A DNA stretch of 64,000 nt from an uncultured Desulfosarcina sp. (GCA_963674945.2 CAXXWQ010000003.1:1120001-1184000); one strand, 5' to 3'; shown: positions 19,936 to 29,294, numbered from the stretch's first letter. The notes: a model not told the origin generated them from the letters alone. Numbers and translations are program-made.

Positions 19936-20229
19936 ATGGGCTATTATCCCATTGTGAATAGAAATCAGAAACAAATGGAAGGCCTGCACCATCAGGAGTT
20001 TCCCAAAGCCTATATGGAAGACTTTTCCGTTCTTGGCTTTCGGGTGAACGATTGTGAGCAGGCGTTGGGTATCTTACGTAAAGCATCCTTTGATGTGAAA
20101 CAAAGCCACGGCGGCAGGCATGTGAAAATCGAGAATGCCGCACGCATCAAGGATGTGGTTCAGTTGCTTCACGCCAACGGTATGAACTGCGAGGTGACCG
20201 ATGTCGCCCAAGGCATGTACCAGGGCTGA
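19936..20229 (+). CDS. Hypothetical protein
   Basis: ORF with a GGGAGG RBS before ATG 19936; no recognised motif. Confidence 0.65.
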   Translation: MGYYPIVNRNQKQMEGLHHQEFPKAYMEDFSVLGFRVNDCEQALGILRKASFDVKQSHGGRHVKIENAARIKDVVQLLHANGMNCEVTDVAQGMYQG

Positions 20230-20297
20230 TAGCAGCAATGCAACCGCCGGGAGCGGTTTTAACTGATTAAAAGCAGCACTTCTCCAAATAAACAAGG

Positions 20298-20585
20298 TCA
20301 ATCCATATATTGGTGGCGATGTTCTAATCCGTGCCAGATTCTTAAAATGTAGATATGTTCTTCCGTTACAGCATAGCGAACGACATAATTTCCGAATACC
20401 ATATCCCTGATTTCACCGGGTAAGTCTGAAACCCATTTGCCGATTTGGGGAAAGGATTGTAGCTTCTTAATGGCGCCGATTAGTTGCCTGGCTATCTTCT
20501 GAGCACGGCTTGGATTATTTTGTTCGACGAACTTTCTAAGGCGGATCAGGTCGTTAACGGCTGACTCGGAAAAAGAAAGTTTCAC
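20298..20585 (-). CDS. RelE/ParE family toxin
   Basis: MKLSFSESAVNDLIRL..NPSRA..FPQIG..YVVRY..ILRIWH; overlaps the antitoxin stop. Confidence 0.9.
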   Translation of the reverse strand: MKLSFSESAVNDLIRLRKFVEQNNPSRAQKIARQLIGAIKKLQSFPQIGKWVSDLPGEIRDMVFGNYVVRYAVTEEHIYILRIWHGLEHRHQYMD

Positions 20586-20854
20586 GCTATCGGGGCCTTT
20601 TTTTCATCGGTTGTTCCCCAGGACGAAACCCAATCCAATACAGTATCGGCGGAAAAAGTTAGACCGGCCTCGACATCGGCCAACGCTTCGAGTGTTTCCT
20701 CATTCCTTTGCTGAATCTTCCTCATATGTGCAACATAGCCTTTGACAAGATATTGCACGGCAGCACTCTCGGTTAACCCTTGTTTGGCCGCAAATGCTAA
20801 GAATTCTTTGCGCAAATCCTCGGGTACCCTCCCGCGGACAATTTTACTGGGCAT
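20582..20854 (-). CDS. CopG/RHH-type antitoxin
   Basis: N-terminal ribbon-helix-helix; ETLEALADVEAG..VLDWVSSWGT; directly upstream of the toxin. Confidence 0.85.
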   Translation of the reverse strand: MPSKIVRGRVPEDLRKEFLAFAAKQGLTESAAVQYLVKGYVAHMRKIQQRNEETLEALADVEAGLTFSADTVLDWVSSWGTTDEKKAPIA

Positions 20855-21301
20855 TTTGCCTGCTCCTTTTTATGTGACCCGATGTGATCGTTTGTAGCTT
20901 ATTGTAGCACGATTTTACAGGACGTCAATCCCCAAAAAGGCAGAAATATTTAGGTTGAGCGATTGCCGAGTCCCGCTTATGAGTGGGAGAAGATGCCTTT
21001 CCGCTATCAGTCGCCTATGCGAGAAGGCATCTGACACGTTTCGAAGATTTCGCCGCCGGGGAGACGCTTTGGGATGGTGATGATTTTATGCATTTTGCGA
21101 TCTTGAGAATTATTTGGAATAATTTGCAGGTTGGAACGTTGATGAGAATATCCACCGTTGTTACATCTTGTCAAAAGATTATACTCCAATGTTGCATCCA
21201 AGAGCAAGCTAAAATACATGGTGACGACTAACGAGTAACTCATACAACAAGTTGAGTTTCTGGTGGATCGCATCATAAAAAGCCAAAAGCAGAACCCTTT
21301 A

Positions 21302-21641
21302 CGGCTTCTGCATTTTAGGGGGGCTTTTTCCCGATGTGGACACGGACTCCAAAGGCCAGAATTTCTTCTACGGCCTTCTCATTATCGTTGATGGCGCTTT
21401 GATATATCACCACTACTATCGCTGGGCGGCCTGGCTGGGATTGCTTGCCGTGCTGCCGGCCATCGGCCATCACCGGGGATGTACCCATACCTGGTGGGCA
21501 ATGCTCGTCGTGGGATCACCGATTGTTCTCATTCCTATGGTTTTGCTCAATCCAGAGCAAGCTTCTGCTCTCCTGCCTTTTTATGTGGCCTTCACGCTGG
21601 GTTACTTTTCTCATCTGTTGCTGGATCGTAAATTTGTCTGA
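21302..21641 (+). pseudogene. 5'-truncated duplicate of the metal-dependent hydrolase gene
   Basis: Near-identical to 19422-19761; lacks the first ~42 codons; HRGWTH changed to HRGCTH. Confidence 0.9.
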
Positions 21642-21674
21642 ACTAAGGGCTCGCGCAAAAATAAATTCACATTT

Positions 21675-22598
21675 TCATGGTGAGATCGAATAGTTCCAAT
21701 TTGGCCGTTGAGTATATCGTCTCAAGTTTATTTGATGCATTTGTTGGTCGGAGACCTTTTTACCTTTACGGTAATTCTTGTTGTTAAGAAAAACGCGGAT
21801 TTTCAACCCTGTCGCGGTTTTGGTCGAACGAATGAATTTCAACACAGTTTCGTAATCAAGCAAGGGTTGTGCTGCCCAGTTGTTGCTAATGAAAGAAAAC
21901 ATACGGTGTTCGATGGGATTCCACTTGGAGGAACCGGGTGGATAATGACATACTTTGACCTTCAGGCCGAAGCGGCTGCAAAGACGGATCTGCAGCTGCT
22001 GTTTCCAAAGCCGGATTCTGTAGCCATTGCTTCCACCACAATCGGCCAGAATGAGCAGACGATCGGCATCAGGATAGTGGCGAGAACCAACTTTTTGCCA
22101 CCATGTACGGATAGAATCTACGGCAAACTCGGAAGTATCGCGACTGGTGCCAACACATACAAAGCCCTTGTTTTGAATAATGTCATAGATACCGTATGGG
22201 ATCGCAACACCATTGGCGTCAGAGGGGAAATCATGATCCAAGACTTTTATCGGTGCTTGGCTCCATCGACGCCCGGCCTGATGGAACGGTCCTATTAGTT
22301 CTCGGCTTTTGGTATCAACACTGATCACGGGCATTCCGTCGGCTTTATAGCAGCGTATCTGGCTGCGAAGATAGCGAAACTGTAAATCACGCTGGTGGGG
22401 ATCGGGTGGTTTACTCTGCCCGGATTCAAGACATTTAAGATTCAAGCGTAGGGAATAGTTCATTTGCTTTAACAATCTACCCACTGTTTTGGCCGATACC
22501 CGGATGCCGGCACGTTTCAATTGTTGGGCGATTTTTCCTGTGGTCTTGCGTGTCCACTTACACCCACTTACCGGATCACCAGCGGTCTCGTGCTCCAT
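21675..22598 (-). CDS. ISAzo13 transposase, catalytic C-terminal frame
   Basis: ETAGDP..KWT, PVISVDTK, DHDFP, PYGIYD, ADCGGSNG, HYPPGSSKWNPIEHRMFS. Confidence 0.92.
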   Translation of the reverse strand: MEHETAGDPVSGCKWTRKTTGKIAQQLKRAGIRVSAKTVGRLLKQMNYSLRLNLKCLESGQSKPPDPHQRDLQFRYLRSQIRCYKADGMPVISVDTKSRELIGPFHQAGRRWSQAPIKVLDHDFPSDANGVAIPYGIYDIIQNKGFVCVGTSRDTSEFAVDSIRTWWQKVGSRHYPDADRLLILADCGGSNGYRIRLWKQQLQIRLCSRFGLKVKVCHYPPGSSKWNPIEHRMFSFISNNWAAQPLLDYETVLKFIRSTKTATGLKIRVFLNNKNYRKGKKVSDQQMHQINLRRYTQRPNWNYSISP

Positions 22599-22615
22599 GA
22601 TGACGGCGATGGCGT

Positions 22616-23383
22616 CTATGATTTCGGGCGTTTTTTTTCTTGCAGAAGGCGCCCGCCTCCTGCTGCCCGAACTTTTTGGGTACTCAAATCGCCGCTGATC
22701 AGTTCTTGTCGACCACGTGCTACGGTATGAGGATCCATGCCAAGCAGCGATGCGATGTAGGCGTCACCGCCGTGGCCCAACTTTAACGATTCAAGCCCGG
22801 CGTATAGCCGGCGTTGGCGTTCATCGAGCATACTGCAAAAAAGAACAATTATGGCCTTGGCCTCTTCTGCGGCCAAGTCGGGATTGGTTACGATAACAGA
22901 AGCCAAGGACTTTTTTAAACGGGATTTGCGAACTTTCTCCTGTCTGCGAGCAACAACGTTTTCAGGAGACAGATAAATGTAGACAGCCTCGAATTTTTTA
23001 CGCTGAAGCCGGTTGTCGCGTACCAGTTGGGTCAACGCATGTTTGGTCTTGACGTGCAAAATATCTTTTAGTTCGGCGGCGCTGTACCCCGCCTCTGATC
23101 GGGCAACAAGGGTCTCGGCTGTTTGAAGCAAATTACCGAAACGTGAAAACCAAACATATTTGCAAGACCAAAGGCCAAGTTTAGAAAATCGCGCAATGCA
23201 TAAAAGAGTATAAAATTTACCTCGATGCGAATAACTGCTCAGATACTTCAGCTGCGCCAATTTTCGAAACAGCGTTGCTCGAGCCGGATTTCCAAGCGCC
23301 TCTTGAAGTTGATTAAAAGTGGCGATTTTGTGAACACCAAAGAAATCCTTTATGTCTTGGAGATGGTATTTTGTCTTATTCAT
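22616..23383 (-). CDS. ISAzo13 transposase, N-terminal frame (probably joined by -1 frameshift)
   Basis: LDERQRRLYAGLES..GHGG..TVARGRQEL..VRAAGGGR; ends just past an A8 run. Confidence 0.85.
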   Translation of the reverse strand: MNKTKYHLQDIKDFFGVHKIATFNQLQEALGNPARATLFRKLAQLKYLSSYSHRGKFYTLLCIARFSKLGLWSCKYVWFSRFGNLLQTAETLVARSEAGYSAAELKDILHVKTKHALTQLVRDNRLQRKKFEAVYIYLSPENVVARRQEKVRKSRLKKSLASVIVTNPDLAAEEAKAIIVLFCSMLDERQRRLYAGLESLKLGHGGDAYIASLLGMDPHTVARGRQELISGDLSTQKVRAAGGGRLLQEKKRPKS

Positions 23384-24005
23384 AATGATACAATTAGCCC
23401 TACAGGTCGATTCTGTCAAGGCCAATGATCTCATTATGAGCAACAGGACAATATATTGCTATTTAGCCAATTATACGGATTTGTTGCAAACAACCATAGG
23501 ATAGTTAATGAGACTATTAGCCTCATAATATGTTAAATTATTTTTGCGCGAGCCCTAAGGATCTAAGGATCGGACGATAAAAAATGAGGATGCATTGAAA
23601 TATCCCTATTCACAATAATTCAAAGATTCGAAAAAAATACATCAATGGATAGGTGACTTGGAGATGCTCTGACTTTTTAAGATTAAACAAATTGATTTCA
23701 ATTCCCGTTTTGAATCCTAAAAAACCTTTAAAAGAATGGCTTAATCCAATTTGAAAAGCTAATTGTGTCCCAGCTTTTCATAATGATATGCAATGGACGT
23801 CCCGAAGTCTTCCTTCCCTGAATTTCTCACTGGGGTCTTTTTTTATTGACAGTTTATATCATTATCTCATAGCCTGCAAAATTACTTTATCAAGTCAATA
23901 TTTCGCTTTAAATCAAGTACTATGTTGAACCATTTAGTCGGAAATAAGAAAGCCGGCATTGATTGTATGTAACTATTGATGCAGATCTAAGTATTAAACC
24001 GTCGA

Positions 24006-24751
24006 TTAAATAGTCCAAATTCATACGGTGGTTGTTTCTCAAACTGTGAAAGGAGAAATGAGAATGCGGAAATTGTTGGTAGTTGTTATTGCGATGATGT
24101 TCTTGGTTGCTACTGGTGATGTGGGTGATACTCTGGCTGCAGATGGAGTAATAAAAGCTATCATTGATTTTCCTGGAGACGGTGATATTTCTGGCTCCGG
24201 CTATTCCGTTACTGCAGACATAGATGCCGGTGTCGGCATTGGATTCGATGTCCTATTTGATTCGGCAGAAATGTTCGACATAGGAATTGGATTTATTTAT
24301 CAGTTTCCAAGATCCGTCGAAGATGATGCTGGCAAGGTTAATTTTATGCCTATATACTTAGTAGGCAAGGGCTACCTTACTGATGAAAATCAACAAGTAA
24401 GACCATATCTCTATGGTCATTTGGGCTATAATTTTTTCTTTGGAGATGATGATTTTACAGGTAGCGCAGATCTCGAAGGAGGACTCTATTACAGTGTGGG
24501 ACTTGGGTTGCTCTTCAATAATAAGTTTCTTATCGAAGCCGGATGGTCCGTAAATAACGGCACGGCTACAGATTCTGGTTATGTTTATGTATACAACACA
24601 TTGTATCATTACACCTTAGATGCTGATGTTGAATATTCCAAACTATCCCTTAGCGTAGGATATGCTTTCTAATGAGTAACTTTTGAGTATCTCAATAATC
24701 ACAAACCGTAGTTTTGAGGAAATAACTATATCATGAACTTGGACTATTTAA
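24006..24751. repeat. 19-bp inverted repeat pair bracketing the beta-barrel gene
   Basis: TTAAATAGTCCAAATTCAT (24006-24024) and ATGAACTTGGACTATTTAA (24733-24751): 18 of 19 positions complementary. Confidence 0.8.
24058..24672 (+). CDS. Outer membrane beta-barrel protein
   Basis: AGGAG RBS, signal peptide, alternating beta strands, C-terminal SVGYAF beta-signal. Confidence 0.85.
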   Translation: MRMRKLLVVVIAMMFLVATGDVGDTLAADGVIKAIIDFPGDGDISGSGYSVTADIDAGVGIGFDVLFDSAEMFDIGIGFIYQFPRSVEDDAGKVNFMPIYLVGKGYLTDENQQVRPYLYGHLGYNFFFGDDDFTGSADLEGGLYYSVGLGLLFNNKFLIEAGWSVNNGTATDSGYVYVYNTLYHYTLDADVEYSKLSLSVGYAF

Positions 24752-25062
24752 CCATATAGCTTGGTGCACCTTTGGTGCACCGTACAATAGCTCTATATTT
24801 AGCGATTTTTTTCTTTGTTGATATTTAGTGTTTAACCTATTGAATGCTAAAATGGGGCCGCGGAGGATGTTGAATTAATGCTGGTTTAGGTTAAAAACAG
24901 GACCGTTTTTCGGCTTTAAATCGATGTTTTTGGGGCCGAAAAGAACGTTTTAAGGATTTTTCCAGTAAAAGTCAGGAAATTTTGAATACAGACGGTGTTT
25001 GAAGTCATGCTGGTTAACAATAATTTAAAATTGATGAATATTTGACGTAGTAGCCGATGATA

Positions 25063-25473
25063 CTATTGGATGGAGTCCGATCCTTGAACGGGAAAAGATT
25101 CAGCCGATTGAACAGCGGAGGAATCTCGAATCAATATTTCTGCAGGGATGCCAAGACCGGAATGCAAAGATCGAATCATCTTCAGCGTAAGCCTTCGCTT
25201 TCCATTCAATACTTCGGATACCCTGGGACGACTCCCCAGGTAAGGAATGAGATCCGAATTCTTCAGCCCTTTTTGTTCCATTACAAAACGGATGGCCTCG
25301 ATCGGTGACGGCGGCGGGACCGGATGGTGTTCATCCTCATAGACGCCAACAAGGGCCAGCAACACGTCAAGCTCATCGCCCTCCCGGGTCCCTGGTTCGG
25401 CTCCCCAAAGCTGCTCTATGCGCGCCAAGGCGGCATCGTAATCTTTTTCTGTTTTAACAGGGCGGATATTCAT
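25063..25473 (-). CDS. higA: HigA antitoxin (HTH-XRE)
   Basis: IRPVKTEKDYDAAL..PGTREGDEL..YEDEHHP..PIEAIRFVMEQ..SRPRVSEVLNGKRRLT. Confidence 0.92.
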   Translation of the reverse strand: MNIRPVKTEKDYDAALARIEQLWGAEPGTREGDELDVLLALVGVYEDEHHPVPPPSPIEAIRFVMEQKGLKNSDLIPYLGSRPRVSEVLNGKRRLTLKMIRSLHSGLGIPAEILIRDSSAVQSAESFPVQGSDSIQ

Positions 25474-25768
25474 GTTTTACCTCCGATGGATCTATTTTTT
25501 CGTAAGCCTTGTGCCGACCAAACCATTTAATGAAAGCGACTTTCCGGATGAAGTCAATGTGGACAATCAGCCTGAAGTGATTTCCCCTGATGTTAAAGAC
25601 AACACGGTTATCCTTGATCAAATCGGCCGAATTAAAAGTTGCCTTCAAATCTGCAAAATGCCTGAAATCCAGCTCCTCCATGGTGACTACCCATGCCCGT
25701 AATTGTTCATCGGCTTCCGGGTAACACTTTCGATAGGCATTGATCGTCTTTTTTGCTACTACCCTCAT
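25454..25768 (-). CDS. higB: HigB mRNA interferase toxin
   Basis: MRVVAKKTI..SADLI..RVVFNIRGNHFRLIV..IKWFGRHKAYEKID; toxin-first gene order. Confidence 0.92.
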   Translation of the reverse strand: MRVVAKKTINAYRKCYPEADEQLRAWVVTMEELDFRHFADLKATFNSADLIKDNRVVFNIRGNHFRLIVHIDFIRKVAFIKWFGRHKAYEKIDPSEVKHEYPPC

Positions 25769-26071
25769 GCAATCAAAGATATATTCCCAAAATGGGAATG
25801 TCAATCATGATATGATACGGCAAAATGAAGATGATAGAAAAATCGTGGAATCTGGGAACTGGAAACTGGGGTCGCACCAAGATGAACCCCCGATTGATAA
25901 GGATTTAGGTCAAAAACAGGGCCGTTTTCCGGCCTTAATGATGTTTTCGGAGCCGAAAAGAGCAGTTTAAGGATTTTTCCGGCAAACGTCTTGAATCAAG
26001 ATCCATTCCAGCGTACGTTTTCATATGACACCTCCCGTTTCGTTGAAATGATACCCATAAAGGAGAACACC

Positions 26072-26287
26072 TTGACTATTCTCGATAAAATACCATATTC
26101 GATTCTGATTGTTTTTGCCGTCCTGATGCTTCTCGCTCCCTTTAGACCGATGCCCCATTTGATTGAAAAATTGATCATGCTGAAAAATGGCACCCTGACC
26201 AAGCCAATTGACATTTTCGATCTGTTCTACCATTTGATTCCAACAATCATATTGGCATTGAAGATAATCAGGGATTATACGAAATAG
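26072..26287 (+). CDS. Small membrane protein
   Basis: AAGGAG RBS and TTG start; LAPF.PMPHLIEKL.ML..GTL.KPIDIFDL..H with two TM segments. Confidence 0.7.
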   Translation: MTILDKIPYSILIVFAVLMLLAPFRPMPHLIEKLIMLKNGTLTKPIDIFDLFYHLIPTIILALKIIRDYTK

Positions 26288-26395
26288 CTGGTAAGTATAT
26301 CATGGACAAATGGATGGGGCCCCCATCTCCATTCATTTCAACCATATCTGTAACCATGCCGACGTGGAGAATTGTTCGGCTAAAGGAGCTGGAAA

Positions 26396-27589
26396 ATGGA
26401 AAAGGATGACGATGTCTATAGAAAACTGCAACGCCATTTAGACAGTCAGGCGGTCGGATTTCCAGCTACAAAGTCAGGTTCTGAGATCAGAATTCTAAAA
26501 CACATTTTTACACCCCGGGAGGCTCTGATCGCCATCTGTTTGACCTACAGATTTGAACCGATAGAAGCGGTATTTGAAAGAGCAACGCATTTGGTTGAAT
26601 CGCCAAAACAGTTAGAAGAGCTGCTTGACCGTATTGAAAAAAAGGGAGGGATTGAATCAAAAGGCAAAGGTGACAAGAGGTTTTTTTGTATTCCTCCCCT
26701 TGTGGTGGGGATGTACGAAGGTCAACTCGGCAAACTTACGCCAGCGTTCATAAAGGATTTTGATGAATATACATCTGATAAAAAATTTGGAGTAGAATTC
26801 CTCAGCACAAAACTCCCCCAGATGCGTACCATTCCGATTGCTGTAAGTATCCAACCGAAACATAACGTAAGTACTTTTGATGAAGTGGCTCAACTGGTAA
26901 AACAGGCTGAAGCGCCTTTTGCCATTTTAGAATGCATCTGTCGCCAAAAGAAAGCTTTACTGGGCAAGCCTTGCAACCTTACAGACCGGAAAGAAACCTG
27001 CCTTGCCATCAGTGACATTGCACAAGCTGCTTTGCGGAATGGAATTGGAAGAGAAATCACGCTGGACGAGACAATGTCTATCCTTGAACAGAATCAAAAA
27101 CAAGGATTGGTTCTCCAACCGTCCAATACTGAAAAGGCCGAGTTCATCTGTTCATGTTGCGGATGCTGCTGCGGAATGCTCAGAATGCATAGAAACTTAC
27201 CCAAACCTGTTGATTTTTGGTCTTCAAACTTTTTTGCGGTAGTCGATACAGATGCGTGTGATGGATGTGGAAATTGCGAAAAACGCTGCCAAGTCGGGGC
27301 GGCAAGGATATCTACGCAGAATATGCAAGCGTCTATCGACCGTAACCGTTGTATCGGATGCGGTGTATGCGTACCCATATGCCCCCAAAAAGCGATTTCC
27401 CTGCAAAAAAAGCCCACAGAGGTGATACCACCGCAAACCAGAGAAGATCTTCTATATACGATTATGTCCCATAAGAAGGGAACATTCGGGAAATTGAAAG
27501 TGACCGGAAAATTAATCGTTGATGCAATCAGAACAGGCCAAACCCATTTGCTGAAATGGAAAATTTTTCTTGACATATTCTATATATAG
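26396..27589 (+). CDS. 4Fe-4S binding protein
   Basis: CICR, ICSCCGCCC and two CxxCxxCxxxC ferredoxin motifs. Confidence 0.9.
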   Translation: MEKDDDVYRKLQRHLDSQAVGFPATKSGSEIRILKHIFTPREALIAICLTYRFEPIEAVFERATHLVESPKQLEELLDRIEKKGGIESKGKGDKRFFCIPPLVVGMYEGQLGKLTPAFIKDFDEYTSDKKFGVEFLSTKLPQMRTIPIAVSIQPKHNVSTFDEVAQLVKQAEAPFAILECICRQKKALLGKPCNLTDRKETCLAISDIAQAALRNGIGREITLDETMSILEQNQKQGLVLQPSNTEKAEFICSCCGCCCGMLRMHRNLPKPVDFWSSNFFAVVDTDACDGCGNCEKRCQVGAARISTQNMQASIDRNRCIGCGVCVPICPQKAISLQKKPTEVIPPQTREDLLYTIMSHKKGTFGKLKVTGKLIVDAIRTGQTHLLKWKIFLDIFYI

Positions 27590-27597
27590 AATACTTT
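27570..27597 (+). promoter_or_regulatory. Sigma70 promoter overlapped by an 18-bp palindromic operator (probable BlaI autorepression site)
   Basis: TTGACA (27570-27575) followed by perfect palindrome TATTCTATATATAGAATA (27576-27593) upstream of the BlaI gene. Confidence 0.7.
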
Positions 27598-27637
27598 CGT
27601 TCCACATAGAGCATATTCGATATATAAGGACCAAAAA

Positions 27638-28027
27638 ATGAGCAAGTCAGACAAAGGCAAACCACCTGAACTCACAGAAGCGGAATGGGCGATCATGAAA
27701 ATCGTATGGGAGAATCAGCCCTGCGCCGCAGGTACCGTGCAGGAGGGCCTGGCCAATGAATTGGGCTGGGCCTACAGTACGGTTAAAACCACAATGGACC
27801 GTATGGTCGGCAAGGGTTTGCTGGAGATCAAGAAGATTCGAAACCTCCAGCTTTTCAGTGCCAAGGTCGAACGCATAGAGGCGGCGAGATGGGAATTTCG
27901 CCGCATGTTGTCGCGTGCATTCGACGGCGCCCTGGGGCCAATGATGCAGTATCTTGTCGAGAATGAGAATCTGACCCAGGAAGATCTGGATGCCCTGCGG
28001 AAGGCAGTGGATTCCGTCGATCCATAG
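27638..28027 (+). CDS. BlaI/MecI/CopY family repressor
   Basis: LTEAEWAIMKIVWE..WAYSTVKTTMDRMVGKGLL..FDG. Confidence 0.92.
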   Translation: MSKSDKGKPPELTEAEWAIMKIVWENQPCAAGTVQEGLANELGWAYSTVKTTMDRMVGKGLLEIKKIRNLQLFSAKVERIEAARWEFRRMLSRAFDGALGPMMQYLVENENLTQEDLDALRKAVDSVDP

Positions 28028-28059
28028 AGCCATAGAGGATTTACAACGGGGAGAAAATC

Positions 28060-28273
28060 ATGAATGTGCTGATCACAATCAGCCTGGAGAGTAGCCGGCG
28101 CTTGGCTGAACTCGGCGGAACCGAAAAAAAAATTGACCTGCCGAGACGCCGAAGGCCAGAGCGTTGAAATGATCCTTGTTGACACAAGTGTTTGGATACA
28201 CCATTTCAGAAAAAAGGATCAGGAACTTGTTGACCATTTAAACATAGGATCGGTCGCATGTCATCCTTATATA
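28060..28273 (+). pseudogene. Decayed VapB-VapC toxin-antitoxin remnant
   Basis: ESSRRLAELGGTEKKIDLPRRRR (VapB-like C-terminus), then MILVDTSVWIHHFR..VACHPYI (PIN N-terminus) cut off at the GNAT start. Confidence 0.75.
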
Positions 28274-28274
28274 A

Positions 28275-28862
28275 ATGGATATGAAAGATATACATATCTC
28301 ACTCATGGAAATCAACGACATCCAGGAGTCAGCAAGGGTTCTCAGTGTTGCCATGGTCGACAACCCTCTTCACGAGGCAATTTTTCGGGGTAAAGGTGAA
28401 AAAGAACGATTAGAAATTGAAAAGATGTTTAACAATCTCTTCATTCAATTGCCGGGCGTCGTGTTTCTTGCAAGAGAAAAAAATAATATCATCGGAGTGA
28501 TGAGGATGAAGTCTTGCCGTGGGAGTAAGGCTAAAGATGCTCCTAAAAATTCAGAAGACAAAAATAGTGTAGACTGGCGCAAGTCTGTATGGCAGGCAGA
28601 GTGGGCGCGTCGTGATCCAACGGAGCAACACTGGCATTTGGGTCCGATCGGTGTGCTCCCTATTCATCAGGGATCAGGCATTGGTTCCTTGCTGATGGAA
28701 CGATTTTGTATGGAAGTAGATGCTTGTTCGGCAAAAGCCTACCTGGAAACTGAAGGTGAAAAGAACAAACGCTTTTATAAGAAATTTGGATTCGATGTTA
28801 TTTTTACATCAACAGTATTGAATATTGAAAATCTTTATATGGAACGAGTCTGCCAAACATGA
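28275..28862 (+). CDS. GNAT N-acetyltransferase (cassette-like)
   Basis: HWHLGPIGVLPIHQGSGIGSLL, AYLET..NKRFYKKFGF; followed by an attC-like site. Confidence 0.9.
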   Translation: MDMKDIHISLMEINDIQESARVLSVAMVDNPLHEAIFRGKGEKERLEIEKMFNNLFIQLPGVVFLAREKNNIIGVMRMKSCRGSKAKDAPKNSEDKNSVDWRKSVWQAEWARRDPTEQHWHLGPIGVLPIHQGSGIGSLLMERFCMEVDACSAKAYLETEGEKNKRFYKKFGFDVIFTSTVLNIENLYMERVCQT

Positions 28863-28873
28863 CTGGGTAGAAT

Positions 28874-28933
28874 GCATAACAAAGCGAATGGTGCCGAAGC
28901 AAAAAAACGCGCAGCTGATAAGCAGCGATGGCG
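28874..28933 (+). other. Integron attC-like site (degenerate R')
   Basis: GCATAAC (R'') just after the stop codon, imperfect palindrome ...GCCGAAGCAAAAAAACGCGCAGCTGA..., ending GATGGCG instead of GTTRRRY; similar to the site at 29400. Confidence 0.65.
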
Positions 28934-29025
28934 CCTTGCTGCACGCGGGGCCACCGGCCCGAAGTTGAGCGGCACGCCGCTCCACCGATACAGATACTTT
29001 ATCACTGGATAAGGAGATAAGAAAA

Positions 29026-29292
29026 ATGCATATAAACGAAACAGGAATACTGTTCACCATTGTGCTGATTATCTTTTTAGGCCTCATGCCGGCAAACAGC
29101 GGGTACGCAGATGAAAAAATGCAGAACAGGACGCCGGATGGGTACTGGAAAACTGTTCCGGATGATGACGAGTCGCCTTCGGTAATTCATATCTGGATCG
29201 AAAATGGTGAAAAATTGAAAGTGCGTGGTTTTATCGGTCTATCCCTTTTAGGGCGGACACAGTGCTGGAACAAAGTGCCGAAACCCGAATAA
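29026..29292 (+). pseudogene. DUF2147-like exported protein with internal deletion
   Basis: Signal peptide and GYWKT N-terminal motif joined directly to C-terminal LKVRGFIGLSLLGRTQ.W; middle missing. Confidence 0.65.
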
Positions 29293-29294
29293 CC

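Larger units (their letters stand above)
21647..23555 (-). mobile_element. ISAzo13-family insertion sequence (1909 bp)
   Basis: Terminal IRs GGGCTCGCGCAAAAATAA / TTATTTTTGCGCGAGCCC; TAA target duplication at 21644-21646 and 23556-23558; transposase inside. Confidence 0.92.
24885..25990. repeat. Imperfect ~88-bp direct repeats (24885-24973 and 25904-25990) flanking higBA
   Basis: Both read TTTAGGTYAAAAACAGGRCCGTTTTYCGGC...GATGTTTTYGGRGCCGAAAAGA...TTTAAGGATTTTT..CCRGYAAAMGTC. Confidence 0.85.

Noticed and set aside
20983..21300. Short ORFs and a possible restriction-modification C-terminal remnant (LIQQVEFLVDRIIKAK)
   Set aside because: Too short and interrupted to support without a database search.
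23520..23545. TATGTTAAAT as the XerD arm of a dif site
   Set aside because: Lies within the ISAzo13 terminus and lacks a properly spaced XerC arm.
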